From Gracilimonas sp. (GTDB taxonomy: Bacteria; Bacteroidota; Rhodothermia; Balneolales; Balneolaceae): a stretch of DNA of 64,000 nt. The notes under the pieces are model-generated. The model did no database searches, had not been told where the DNA came from, and worked only from the letters and a program-made list of their open reading frames with translations. The number at the start of each line of letters is the position of its first letter. Position 1 is the first letter of the stretch. A program made the position numbers and the translations under genes. This document shows positions 19,318-28,572 of the stretch, one piece after another. The stretch is from positions 13,264 through 77,263 of the forward strand of contig JBBDSP010000027.1 of NCBI GenBank assembly GCA_040904925.1. Direction: 5' to 3'.

Positions 19318-20229
19318 ATGACTTTTATCAAAGAAATAGCACAAACATTTTTAAAAGCCATTAACGCTTTTATCGAAGATAACGGCTTTCAGTACAGTGC
19401 TGCGGTTTCGTTTTACACGCTATTTTCTTTGGCGCCCATCGTAATGATCTCTGTTTATACAGCCGGAATCTTTGTAGGTAATGCAAGCGTAATGAAAGAA
19501 TTGACAGAATTCTTGAACGAAACGGTTGGTTCCTCCAGTGCAGAAGCGGTAATGTTATTGGTTCAAACTATTCAGACCGATAGCAGTAATGTTCTATATT
19601 TGATTATAAGTATCGGTTTCCTCGTTATATCTGCTACTACCGTTTTTGTGCAATTTAAAGATTCCTTTAACCGCATTTTCATGATGGTAACAAAGCCCGA
19701 TGTCGGATTTTTGAAAACGATATTAGATCGTGCCATAGCTTTTGGGATGATCGTGCTTTTGGGCGTAGCCCTGATCGCATCTTTAATATTAGACACGATT
19801 TTAGTGGCTTTGTTTGATCTGCTATCCTCTCAATTTGAGGCTGTCAATTTGATCATGGCTTCGGTTGGGAGTAATATCATCACAATGGTCATGATATTTG
19901 TGGCTATACTGCTAATGTTCTATATCCTGCCTGATGTGTATGTAAGATGGAAAGCACTCATTTATGGCAGTTTGGTTACAACCATACTCCTTATACTTGG
20001 GAAATTTGGGGTGGGCATGGTTATTGGAAATAGTCCACTTAACCAGCTTTCAGGGGCATCTTCATCTATTATTATTTTGATGTTGTGGGTGTACTATTCC
20101 TGCATTATTATATTTTTCGGAATAGAGTTGGTGAAAGCGCTTGGAGAAAAAGGAGATCGCGAAATAAAGGCCGGAAAATATGCCAGAAGAATAAAAATGG
20201 TAGATTTTTTCCCAAATATTAAAGAATAG
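19318..20229 (+). CDS. YihY/virulence factor BrkB family membrane protein
   Basis: SAAVSFYTLFSLAP, LWVYYSCIIIFFG. Confidence 0.92.
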   Translation: MTFIKEIAQTFLKAINAFIEDNGFQYSAAVSFYTLFSLAPIVMISVYTAGIFVGNASVMKELTEFLNETVGSSSAEAVMLLVQTIQTDSSNVLYLIISIGFLVISATTVFVQFKDSFNRIFMMVTKPDVGFLKTILDRAIAFGMIVLLGVALIASLILDTILVALFDLLSSQFEAVNLIMASVGSNIITMVMIFVAILLMFYILPDVYVRWKALIYGSLVTTILLILGKFGVGMVIGNSPLNQLSGASSSIIILMLWVYYSCIIIFFGIELVKALGEKGDREIKAGKYARRIKMVDFFPNIKE

Positions 20230-20237
20230 ACTAAATA

Positions 20238-20744
20238 ATGAAACAGATCTTATTGATGAGACATGCAAAATCTAGCTGGGAAGACCCGGGACAAAAAGAT
20301 TTTGATCGGCCGCTGGCAGAAAGGGGACTCAATGACGCGCCCATGATGGGGCAGTTTATTTGGGAAAGTAAGTACAAGCCGAGTTGGGTAATTTCATCTC
20401 CGGCCCAACGCGCAAAAGAAACAACCGAGCTAAGCATGAGGGCAGCGAAAGTTAATGAAGAGCAGATCAACTGGAATGAGGGTTTATATTTTGGCTCTGT
20501 TAGTGATTACGTCGCCGCCATTCAATCAACCCCTGATGAGCACGAAAGGGTTTTAATCGTGGGCCATAATCCACTGATGGAGAATACAGCCGGCATTTTA
20601 GCGGGGGGCGAACAAAAAACAGCCCTGCGCATGCCAACCTCAGCCCTCATTTGTCTGGAAACATTCGCAGACTCCTGGGAAAACATAACCCCCGGCACCT
20701 GCCAGATCAAATGGATGATGATCCCCAAAATTTTGAAAAAATAG
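20238..20744 (+). CDS. sixA: SixA-type phosphohistidine phosphatase
   Basis: LMRHAKSSW, DFDRPL, SSPAQRAKET, VGHNP. Confidence 0.9.
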   Translation: MKQILLMRHAKSSWEDPGQKDFDRPLAERGLNDAPMMGQFIWESKYKPSWVISSPAQRAKETTELSMRAAKVNEEQINWNEGLYFGSVSDYVAAIQSTPDEHERVLIVGHNPLMENTAGILAGGEQKTALRMPTSALICLETFADSWENITPGTCQIKWMMIPKILKK

Positions 20745-20826
20745 AGGTGAGGTATTAGGTGTTAGGTTTTAGGTGTCAGAGACGAAGCCTAAAACCTAAC
20801 ACCTCATGTCTAAAACCTAACTTAAA
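20745..20826 (+). repeat. Heptad-periodic hairpin (GGTGTTA type)
   Basis: Units GGTATTA GGTGTTA GGTTTTA GGTGTCA; perfect 17-bp IR 20757-20773 / 20788-20804, right after the sixA stop. Confidence 0.8.
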
Positions 20827-20895
20827 TCCTTAATAATTTCTGTCGATTTGTTATATTGACCCAGCTAAAAAATTCAACTCAATCATTTACAGCAG

Positions 20896-21246
20896 ATGCA
20901 ATACCAACAAAACTTTTTCTATCTCTGCAAAACGCCTTTAAGTGCTGAAGGACCCGAACATGTTGAAATTATCACTCGTGCCGAAAATAGTGAAGATTTC
21001 CCCCGTGTATTTCAGGAATTTGAAGAACTGCGCTCTCATGCTTTTAATGAAGACAAGATTTACAGCGTAGTCCGTGCCGATGATATTTATGAACTGGTAC
21101 GCACCAATACCGAGGAAAATGCCAAGGAGCAGGCTTACGAAAAAGCAGAACAGGAGATCATCACCAATCTGCAACACCGCGTAATGCAGGGTAAGGACGC
21201 GAATGCTAAAGCTATTTTAAAAGAAGTGTATGGAGTAGAAGAGTAG
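20896..21246 (+). CDS. Hypothetical protein
   Basis: 116-aa ORF followed by a terminator. Confidence 0.7.
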   Translation: MQYQQNFFYLCKTPLSAEGPEHVEIITRAENSEDFPRVFQEFEELRSHAFNEDKIYSVVRADDIYELVRTNTEENAKEQAYEKAEQEIITNLQHRVMQGKDANAKAILKEVYGVEE

Positions 21247-21277
21247 GCCTCTCCAAAAATTTTCGAATATATATTTA

Positions 21278-21320
21278 TAAAAAAACCCGCACATAATTTA
21301 TCTGCGGGTTTTTTTATGAT
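21278..21320. terminator. Bidirectional terminator; left copy of an 18-bp direct repeat
   Basis: AAAAAACCCGCA...TGCGGGTTTTTTTATGAT. Confidence 0.8.
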
Positions 21321-21350
21321 TGGTATTACTGTTTTTGAAATAACCAAATA

Positions 21351-22953
21351 TTAACTGGCACAGCCCGGGCCGGTGCATTCTCCGAAGAGGTAGTACACAT
21401 AATTACTTTCATTTAAAATAACACCTGCTTCTGGCACGGCAATAACTTTATAGGAATAGGTATCTTCGAAATTGAAAGGAGGGCTGCTGATAATTTGCAG
21501 GTCTTCATTTATGATGAACGTATCGGTATATGAGGTGCTGGTTACGTTTGCAATTTGGCTCCAGCTCCCTGCTTCAAAACGCTTAAATACCCGGTATGAA
21601 GCGGCTCCTTCAATCGCATTCCAGCTTATTTTGGGGCTGTCATTGTCAATACTTGCCGTGATGTAAGGAGTTTCAATATACCCAACAGCGATATCATCGG
21701 GGTTAGTATCAACATCATTACTGACAGTATCATAGGAATATAGATTGTCACCTACAGTTAATAACAGGCCGGCTATGTGAGGAGCGGCCATAGAGGTGCC
21801 ACAATTTATCTCTATTCCTCCCCCGATTTTAAGAGAATTCACGTTATCACCTGGCCCCCCATATTCTATTGGAGGATTCCCATAGTTTGACGCAGCGGCA
21901 GGATTACAAGAAAAAGCTGTTACAAATTGATCATTATCATCATAAGCTGAGACAGTCCAGACATTAGAATGTTCGACCCTGGCAGGCGTGAAATGATCTG
22001 TATCCATGCCACTATTCCCAGCAGCTATTGTAAATCTTAATCCTGAATTAGCAGCATTTGTAACTGCTACATCAATGGATTGATTTTGATTATTTGGATC
22101 GTAAGCTCCTAAGCTCATATTTATAATATCATTTGATGAAGCCTTACCCGCTACATAATTTACTCCATCAACTACATCAGAATATGTATTATCATTTGGA
22201 TCTTGGTGCAATACTTTAACTGCCACTACTGTAGCATCAGCAGCTACTCCAACTACGTCTTGAGAATTATCTTTTGCGGCAATTGTTCCGGCAACATGGG
22301 TTCCATGACCAACTATATCATCAGCACTTTCACTAGCTACAAATGAAGCGCTATTAATCACATCTATATTTAAGTCAGGGTGATCTAAATCAATTCCAGT
22401 ATCAATTACCCAAGCTTTTTTACCTGTTCCATCCTGAGTGCCACCGACACGGTTTACACCCCAAGGAGTGGTTTGACTCATTAATAGACTTGCTTCAGAT
22501 ATACTTTTTGGAGAGCTGGATTTGAACTCTGAGTATGCTTCAAAAGCAAAGCGTCGATCTTGTTCAACAAAATCTACGTTAGGATTTCTTTTGATGCTTT
22601 CAAGTTGGCTATCCGTTAATTTGGCCGCAAAACCACGAAGGGCATGTTCATATCTACTTTTAACATTGGTTTCTTCAATCCCGAATTCAGCTATTTTGTT
22701 ATTTACAAATTGAAGGGCTTCCTGGGCAACGTCATTATTTATACGCCCTTCCCATTGATCTTTCAAAACTACAATGTACTCTCCCGGAATTAATTCTCCG
22801 GTTTGCTGTGCTGTCTGTTTAGCTTTCTGCAGCTTTTCTTGACTATCAGCAGGGGGGGGGGGTATTTTGAATCATGTTTTGTTCATTACAACTTGTTATT
22901 ACGAATAAGGCAATAACACCAATTAGCAGATGTTTTACATTAAATGTAGGCAT
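21351..22953 (-). pseudogene. S8 subtilase lipoprotein (I9 propeptide, catalytic domain, FN3-like tail), frameshifted at a G11 tract; possibly phase-variable
   Basis: ATG at 22953 with GGAG RBS gives MPTFNVKHLLIGVIALFVITSC..., which stops at 22846. Removing one G joins it to ...GEYIVVLKDQW. The D/H/S triad (VIDTG, HGTHVAG, GTSMAAPH) is intact. Confidence 0.88.
22852..22862. repeat. G11 homopolymer in the 5' coding region of the subtilase
   Basis: cagca-GGGGGGGGGGG-tatttt. Confidence 0.9.
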
Positions 22954-23041
22954 CGTTTCTCCTGTCTTTATTTATTATTTAATTGCTGATTATCAGCAAA
23001 TGCTACTTACAAGAGAACTTTAATAATAAAATGTTACAATT

Positions 23042-24091
23042 ATGTTTATTGAAAATAATGTTTTTCGAAATACAACTCTTTTCATCCTTTTCTTAATATC
23101 CTTTATCGCAATGAGTTGCTCTACCGGTTCTGATGGAGAAAATGAATTAAATTTAGAGGGTAAGTTCAGTCTTGAATCATTCCAGAATCAAGAAACTTAT
23201 TCAATAAAAGAAAACAGCGAATTTATTTTTATTGGAACTGAATCGGGATTGTTTGCAAAACAAAAACCGGAAAGTACTTGGCTTGAGTTAATTAATGAGG
23301 ATGTAAGCGTAAGGGCATTCGAGCAAATTTCAGAGAATGAGATTATTGCGACTTTGTATTTTAATAACCAGGATTCAGCTACTATTGGTAGAACAATAAA
23401 TTTTGGTGAAAGTTGGCTTCCGTACAGAAATGGTTTCGATCCTTTGTTCAACTCAATTCCAACGATCATTGAGCAATCAAAAAATGATGAAAATACTATA
23501 TATGCCGGTGGCAGTATATTACGGGTAGCAAAATCTGCAGATAATGCTGAAAACTGGAACATTGTATTCGGTTCTTGGGAAGGTTTTGGAAGTATCTTTT
23601 TTATAAAGACCACAAGTAATAGTGTTTGGACAGGTGGAAGTACTGCAAAATTTGCACCTTTGCTTTACAGGTCAAACGATGATGGTGTAAATTGGGATGA
23701 AATACTAGTTGCAGAAAATGTAGAAACTATAGTATACGATGTTGCAATTCATCATCAGGCTCCAAGCCGAATAATGGCAGGACTTGGGATAGGGATTTGT
23801 AAAACAACCGATGACGGTGAAACATGGAATACTGCTTTTAATCAAGCCGGAATTTATAGCTTTACCCAAAGCCCCCGCAATCCTGACATCGTTTACGCAA
23901 GTGGAAGAAATACCACTGGTACCCTGTTCTTCCTGGTCAGTGATGATTTTGGGGATACTTGGCAAACCATAGAATTTGAAGATAGCCCTGGAGAAATTCA
24001 TGTAAACGATATGGTTTCAGTGATGGAGGATGGAAAAGAAGTTATTTATTTAGGCACTAATAAAGGGTTGTATGCTTTTATCGTTGAGTAG
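23042..24091 (+). CDS. BNR/Asp-box beta-propeller lipoprotein
   Basis: Lipobox MSC; repeated SxDxGxxW motifs (SNDDGVNW, TTDDGETW, SDDFGDTW). Confidence 0.8.
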   Translation: MFIENNVFRNTTLFILFLISFIAMSCSTGSDGENELNLEGKFSLESFQNQETYSIKENSEFIFIGTESGLFAKQKPESTWLELINEDVSVRAFEQISENEIIATLYFNNQDSATIGRTINFGESWLPYRNGFDPLFNSIPTIIEQSKNDENTIYAGGSILRVAKSADNAENWNIVFGSWEGFGSIFFIKTTSNSVWTGGSTAKFAPLLYRSNDDGVNWDEILVAENVETIVYDVAIHHQAPSRIMAGLGIGICKTTDDGETWNTAFNQAGIYSFTQSPRNPDIVYASGRNTTGTLFFLVSDDFGDTWQTIEFEDSPGEIHVNDMVSVMEDGKEVIYLGTNKGLYAFIVE

Positions 24092-24112
24092 TACACTTTA
24101 AAAAATTTAATT

Positions 24113-24153
24113 CAAAAACCCGTACTCAAACCAAGTGCGGGTTTTTTTATGAT
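24113..24153 (+). terminator. Terminator; right copy of the 18-bp direct repeat
   Basis: AAAAACCCGTAC...GTGCGGGTTTTTTTATGAT. Confidence 0.8.
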
Positions 24154-24271
24154 CGATAGTTTCAATCAGCCTAATTGTAAATCCTTTTAAATAATTACTT
24201 AGGGAATGGAACCGTAGCTGTCCAATATTGTTTAATAAATAGAATATTCACAGAAAATAAGTTTCTTGATC

Positions 24272-24775
24272 ATGAGTATTGAAACACTAAACGGAGTAAG
24301 AAAAATGGAAGTAAACATAGGAATTTCCGAAGAACACAGAGAGAAAATAGCTAAAGGATTGTCAAAGGTGTTAGCTGATTCATATCTCTTGTATTTAAAA
24401 ACCCACAACTATCACTGGAATGTAACCGGTGAATTATTTCATCAGTTGCACGAGCAATTTGAACAGCAGTATACAGAATTGGCAGCTGCAATCGATGAAA
24501 TTGCAGAACGCATTCGGGCAATTGGATTCAGGGCACCGGGCTCGTTCAAAGAATTCAACGAAATTACATCCATAGAAGAAGACACCGATCAGCCGAAAGC
24601 CATGGAAATGGTTAAACGATTAGCGAAAGCCAATGAGCAGGTAATTCGTACGGCACGCGAAGCACTTAAACCTGCAAATGCTGCCGAAGATGAAGCCACG
24701 ATCGATCTGTTAACCGAACGCCTGACAGTGCATTCCAAAACCGCGTGGATGTTAAGAAGCCATCTCGAAGAATAA
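24272..24775 (+). CDS. dps: Dps family DNA-protection ferritin-like protein
   Basis: KTHNYHWNVTG, LHEQFEQQY, DEIAERIRAIG, KTAWML. Confidence 0.95.
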   Translation: MSIETLNGVRKMEVNIGISEEHREKIAKGLSKVLADSYLLYLKTHNYHWNVTGELFHQLHEQFEQQYTELAAAIDEIAERIRAIGFRAPGSFKEFNEITSIEEDTDQPKAMEMVKRLAKANEQVIRTAREALKPANAAEDEATIDLLTERLTVHSKTAWMLRSHLEE

Positions 24776-24836
24776 TAATTCGTTAATCGGAATTACCCAT
24801 TAACGAATCACGAGTTAACGATTAACGATCAACGAA
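24776..24836 (+). repeat. Heptad-periodic element (TCGTTAA/TTAACGA type)
   Basis: TTCGTTAAT...CCATTAACGAATCACGAGTTAACGATTAACGATCAACGA right after the dps stop; shares 16/17 nt with 13591-13607. Confidence 0.7.
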
Positions 24837-24850
24837 AAACAGAGAGAATT

Positions 24851-25036
24851 ATGAATGATTTGACCCTAAAAGGAACCTGGAAAGAAGCGAAAGGAAAATT
24901 GAAACAAAAATACGCAGATCTCACTGATGATGATCTGGCCTTTACAGAAGGTAAAGAAGATGAATTGCTCGGTCGTCTTCAGAAAAAGCTGGGCAAGACC
25001 AAAGATGAAATCAAAAAAGAATTAGCCGAGCTTTGA
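24851..25036 (+). CDS. CsbD family stress protein
   Basis: [39 protein letters not shown]. Confidence 0.93.
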   Translation: MNDLTLKGTWKEAKGKLKQKYADLTDDDLAFTEGKEDELLGRLQKKLGKTKDEIKKELAEL

Positions 25037-25055
25037 TACTAATATGATCTTAACT

Positions 25056-25083
25056 AAGGAAGGGATTTTCCTTCCTTTTTTTA
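25056..25083 (+). terminator. Intrinsic terminator after csbD
   Basis: AAGGAAGG-GATTTT-CCTTCCTT followed by a T-tract. Confidence 0.75.
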
Positions 25084-25165
25084 TGAACTAAATATTATAG
25101 GATACTCACGTATATATTAGTGATATTCATTCAGTAAAAATTTTATAACTAAATCAGCTTACTAA

Positions 25166-25984
25166 ATGGAAAACTTTAACATAAACCCGGATGACTTAAT
25201 GAATTTTGTGACCACATTCGGTCCAAAATTACTTGCAGCGATTGCTACTCTTGTTATTGGTCTTTGGATCGTAAAATTTGTGGTTAAAGGTGTGACGAAA
25301 GCACTTAACAGAAGCAGTGTGGATGATGCATTGGTTGCCTTTTTGAAAAGTCTCGTTTCCATTCTGTTAAAAGTGATGGTGTACATCACAGCACTGTCAA
25401 TGTTGGGAATTCAAATGACTTCCTTCATTGCTGTTTTAGGTGCGGCCGGTTTAGCGGTTGGTTTAGCGCTGCAGGGAAGCCTGTCGAATTTTGCAGGTGG
25501 AGTGCTGATCTTGTTTTTCAAGCCATTCAAAGCCGGAGATTTTATTGAGCGGGGGAGTGAGTCCGGAACCGTAGAACGAATTGATATTCTATACACGGTA
25601 CTCCAAACTCCAAATAATCAGGAGATCGTGATCCCAAACGGGCAGCTTGCAAACGCAGCGGTCACCAATTACTCTGCCAAAGAAACGCGACGTGCGGTAT
25701 TCCCTGTTGGCATCGGGTATACTTCTGATGTAAAAAAAGCGCGTGAAGTAATTCTTCGGGTGCTTAAAGAAGATGAACGAATACTGGAGGATCCGGAGCC
25801 TATCGTTGTGCTCACAAATTTAGGAGATAGTTCACTTGACCTTTCTGCTCGGGCATGGACCACTACGGAAAATTACTGGGGCTTTTTCTGGGATAATCTT
25901 GAAAAGATAAAAGAAGAGCTGGATAAAGAAGGAATTGAAATTCCATTTCCTCAGCGGGATGTTCACTTGATTAAGGAAGACTGA
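25166..25984 (+). CDS. mscS: Small-conductance mechanosensitive channel
   Basis: LGAAGLAVGLALQGSLSNFAGG, PFKAGD, IPNG, IPFPQRDVH. Confidence 0.95.
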   Translation: MENFNINPDDLMNFVTTFGPKLLAAIATLVIGLWIVKFVVKGVTKALNRSSVDDALVAFLKSLVSILLKVMVYITALSMLGIQMTSFIAVLGAAGLAVGLALQGSLSNFAGGVLILFFKPFKAGDFIERGSESGTVERIDILYTVLQTPNNQEIVIPNGQLANAAVTNYSAKETRRAVFPVGIGYTSDVKKAREVILRVLKEDERILEDPEPIVVLTNLGDSSLDLSARAWTTTENYWGFFWDNLEKIKEELDKEGIEIPFPQRDVHLIKED

Positions 25985-25990
25985 TTTGTC

Positions 25991-26070
25991 TTTAGCTTTT
26001 AGCCGTCAGCTCTCAGCAATCAGTTTTTCTTAAAAATACTGATTGCTGAAGTCTGAACGCTGATAGCTTT
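25991..26070 (+). repeat. Heptad-periodic hairpin (TCAGC type)
   Basis: TTTAGCT TTTAGCC GTCAGCT CTCAGCA ATCAGTT ... ACTGATT GCTGAAG TCTGAAC GCTGATA; 12-bp IR 26013-26024 / 26038-26049. Confidence 0.7.
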
Positions 26071-26279
26071 TAGGATTTTACTCCAATAAATCATTTTTAT
26101 AAACTTTGGATTCAGTATTACAAGCCAACAATACGCGCCTATCTAATTGGCTTAAAACATTTTGCTATAGTTTTGCTTAAAATTGCCAAAGATTGAGCAG
26201 ATATATTATCTTATCTGTTCTATTAAAGAAGGCTTCGAGCCGTTAAATCATAAAGAACTACGAGGAAAGGAAGGTTACT

Positions 26280-28394
26280 GTGGAGAACCTGGAGCAAAAC
26301 AATATCGATTCTGAAGAACAAAAGAAAACTAAAGACGAATTAGAAAACAAAGCTGAGGATACTGCTTCTGAAGAAAAGGAAGCCAAAACTGTGGAAACTG
26401 ATGCACCGAAAGCAGAGGCAGAACCGGTTGCTGAACCGGAAAAAGAAGCTGAAACCGAAACGGATGTTGAAGCGGTAGAATCAGATCCTGAAGAAGAAAC
26501 CGCGAGTGAGTCAGAACCGGAAGTGACTGAAGAGGTTGACGAGGCTGACGAAAAAGATCAGGAAGAGCCGAAAGGTAAATCTGAGGAAACTGAAACTGAA
26601 GTTGAGGCGGAAGAAAAGAAAGATCCTGAAGCTGAATCTGGAGAATCTGAAACTGAAGTGGATACAGAGGCAAAAGCTGAAAGTGAGGAAGAAACAGAAG
26701 AAGATCCGGATGCTTTCTATGGTGATATTGTAGATCGAGCCAAAGAATTAGTGGTTCAGACAGACTGGGCTTTTGTGACAACGGAATTAGCTAATCTCGC
26801 CCAAAAAGTAACGGAAGGACCTGAATCAGCAAATGAGAAAGCAAGTAAGCTGATCGACGAATTTCAGGAACTGCGTGATGATTTCGAAGAGAAGAAAAGA
26901 AAACACTACGAAGAACAGAATCGTAAGAAAGAAGAAAATCTCACGAAAAAGAAAGAGCTGCTAAAATCACTTTCGTCCATCATAAGTGAAGAAAAATGGT
27001 CGGCCACTAAAGAAGTGGGGAAGATCAAAGGGCAGTGGGAGTCTATTAAATTATTACCTCAGGGTGAAGCTGAATCACTGGAGAAACGCTTCAAAGAGCT
27101 GATGGATGAATTTGAAGATCACAAAGTAGACCGCCTTGTTAAAAAGCTTCAGGAAGAGGAAGAAAACCTTGAGCTAAAGCTGTTGCTGCTCGATAAAATG
27201 GACGGTCTTGTTAAAAAGCTGGAAGAAGAATCTCCGGACTTCGATAAGCTTGAAGATGAATTCAATAAGCTGATCTCCCAGTGGAGAAAAGTAGGGCGCG
27301 TTCCTTCCGAAAAAAATCAATCGCTTTGGGATCGCTTTAATGCGGTTCAGGATACCTTCAACGAAGCACGCTTTAAGTTCGATAAGGAATACCGCAAGGT
27401 TATAGAAAAAGCGCTGGAGAAGAAAAAGAAACTGATCAAAGAAGCAGAGGCTTTAGTAGATCAGGAAAATATTGCGAAGGCTGCACGTAAAGTTAATAAG
27501 CTTCATAAAGCGTGGAAAAAAGCGGGGAATCTTCCTCAGAAAGAAGAGAATGAAATGTGGGATCTGTTCAAGGCTGCCACAGATAAGTTCAACGAAATAA
27601 AGTCGGAGAATATAGATCTGCTTCGTGAGCAAGAGGAAAAAAATCTTGAGAAAAAATATCAGCTGATCGAGAAGGCGAAAGAAGAAAAGGATACCGAAGA
27701 ATTTGACAAAGGTCATCAGACTATGCAGAATCTGATGAACCAGTGGAAGAAGATCGGGCCGGTTCCCCGGAAGAAATCTTCTAAGATCTGGAAGCAGTTT
27801 AAAGGTGCGATGGATGAGTTTTATGATCGCCGGCGTGAAGCTTTTAAAGGAGAGCGAAAAGATCAAAAAGAAAATCTTGCCAAGAAAGAAGAGATCCTTG
27901 AAAAACTCAGAGAATTAGGGAAGCATGACGATCCGGCGCTGGCCGTTCAGGAAGCTAAAAAGCTGCAGGAAGAATTCAAAGATGTCGGTTATGTTCCTAT
28001 TAAAATGAAGAACAAGATCTGGAAGCAGTATCGTGAAGCCTGCGATGTGATCTACGATCGTTATCGTGCATTGGGATCCGATCTTGGCTTAGAGAAGAAA
28101 CTGGCTAATCAGGGTATCGATCCTGATTCAAGAAAAGATATCATCAAGTATCAAAAAGAACGCGACAAGCTAAAGAAAGAAGTTTCAAGACTTGAAAGTG
28201 AAATGATCCAATTTGAGGAGGCTAAAACATATTTTAAGCCGACCAATCGGGGAAATAAACTTAAGGATGAACTTCAGGAGAAAATTGATAAAGCCGATAA
28301 AGCGATCGAAGAAAAGCAGGATCGTATTTTTGAACTGAAGAAAGAAATAGATCAGCTTAAAAGGTCAGGCGATACTAATGACGAAGAAGAGTAA
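26280..28394 (+). CDS. DUF349 repeat protein with an acidic N-terminal extension
   Basis: Repeated QWKKIGPVP..K..lW..F..A.D.F units; Glu-rich first ~140 aa. Confidence 0.9.
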   Translation: MENLEQNNIDSEEQKKTKDELENKAEDTASEEKEAKTVETDAPKAEAEPVAEPEKEAETETDVEAVESDPEEETASESEPEVTEEVDEADEKDQEEPKGKSEETETEVEAEEKKDPEAESGESETEVDTEAKAESEEETEEDPDAFYGDIVDRAKELVVQTDWAFVTTELANLAQKVTEGPESANEKASKLIDEFQELRDDFEEKKRKHYEEQNRKKEENLTKKKELLKSLSSIISEEKWSATKEVGKIKGQWESIKLLPQGEAESLEKRFKELMDEFEDHKVDRLVKKLQEEEENLELKLLLLDKMDGLVKKLEEESPDFDKLEDEFNKLISQWRKVGRVPSEKNQSLWDRFNAVQDTFNEARFKFDKEYRKVIEKALEKKKKLIKEAEALVDQENIAKAARKVNKLHKAWKKAGNLPQKEENEMWDLFKAATDKFNEIKSENIDLLREQEEKNLEKKYQLIEKAKEEKDTEEFDKGHQTMQNLMNQWKKIGPVPRKKSSKIWKQFKGAMDEFYDRRREAFKGERKDQKENLAKKEEILEKLRELGKHDDPALAVQEAKKLQEEFKDVGYVPIKMKNKIWKQYREACDVIYDRYRALGSDLGLEKKLANQGIDPDSRKDIIKYQKERDKLKKEVSRLESEMIQFEEAKTYFKPTNRGNKLKDELQEKIDKADKAIEEKQDRIFELKKEIDQLKRSGDTNDEEE

Positions 28395-28572
28395 GATTCC
28401 TTCTTTTTTTTAGTTAATAATTTTTTACACTTATTAACAGGTTGGTATACAAGAGTGAATTATTAGGATAACAAATTTGGCAACTCTGAAATACTTGGCA
28501 AAATTATGATTAGTAGGGTTATAATGATCTAAATAAAGGTCATTGTGTATAATATTAGGTAGAATAAAGGAC

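Noticed and set aside
24272-25984. dps-csbD-mscS as a novel stress system
   Set aside because: These are well-known general stress genes, and their clustering is unremarkable.
12540-26070. Short repeats as a possible CRISPR array
   Set aside because: There are no 23-47-bp repeats separated by unique spacers of regular length, and no cas genes.
26280-26720. Glu-rich low-complexity stretch as a tandem DNA repeat
   Set aside because: It is a protein-level acidic linker of DUF349 with no regular nucleotide period.
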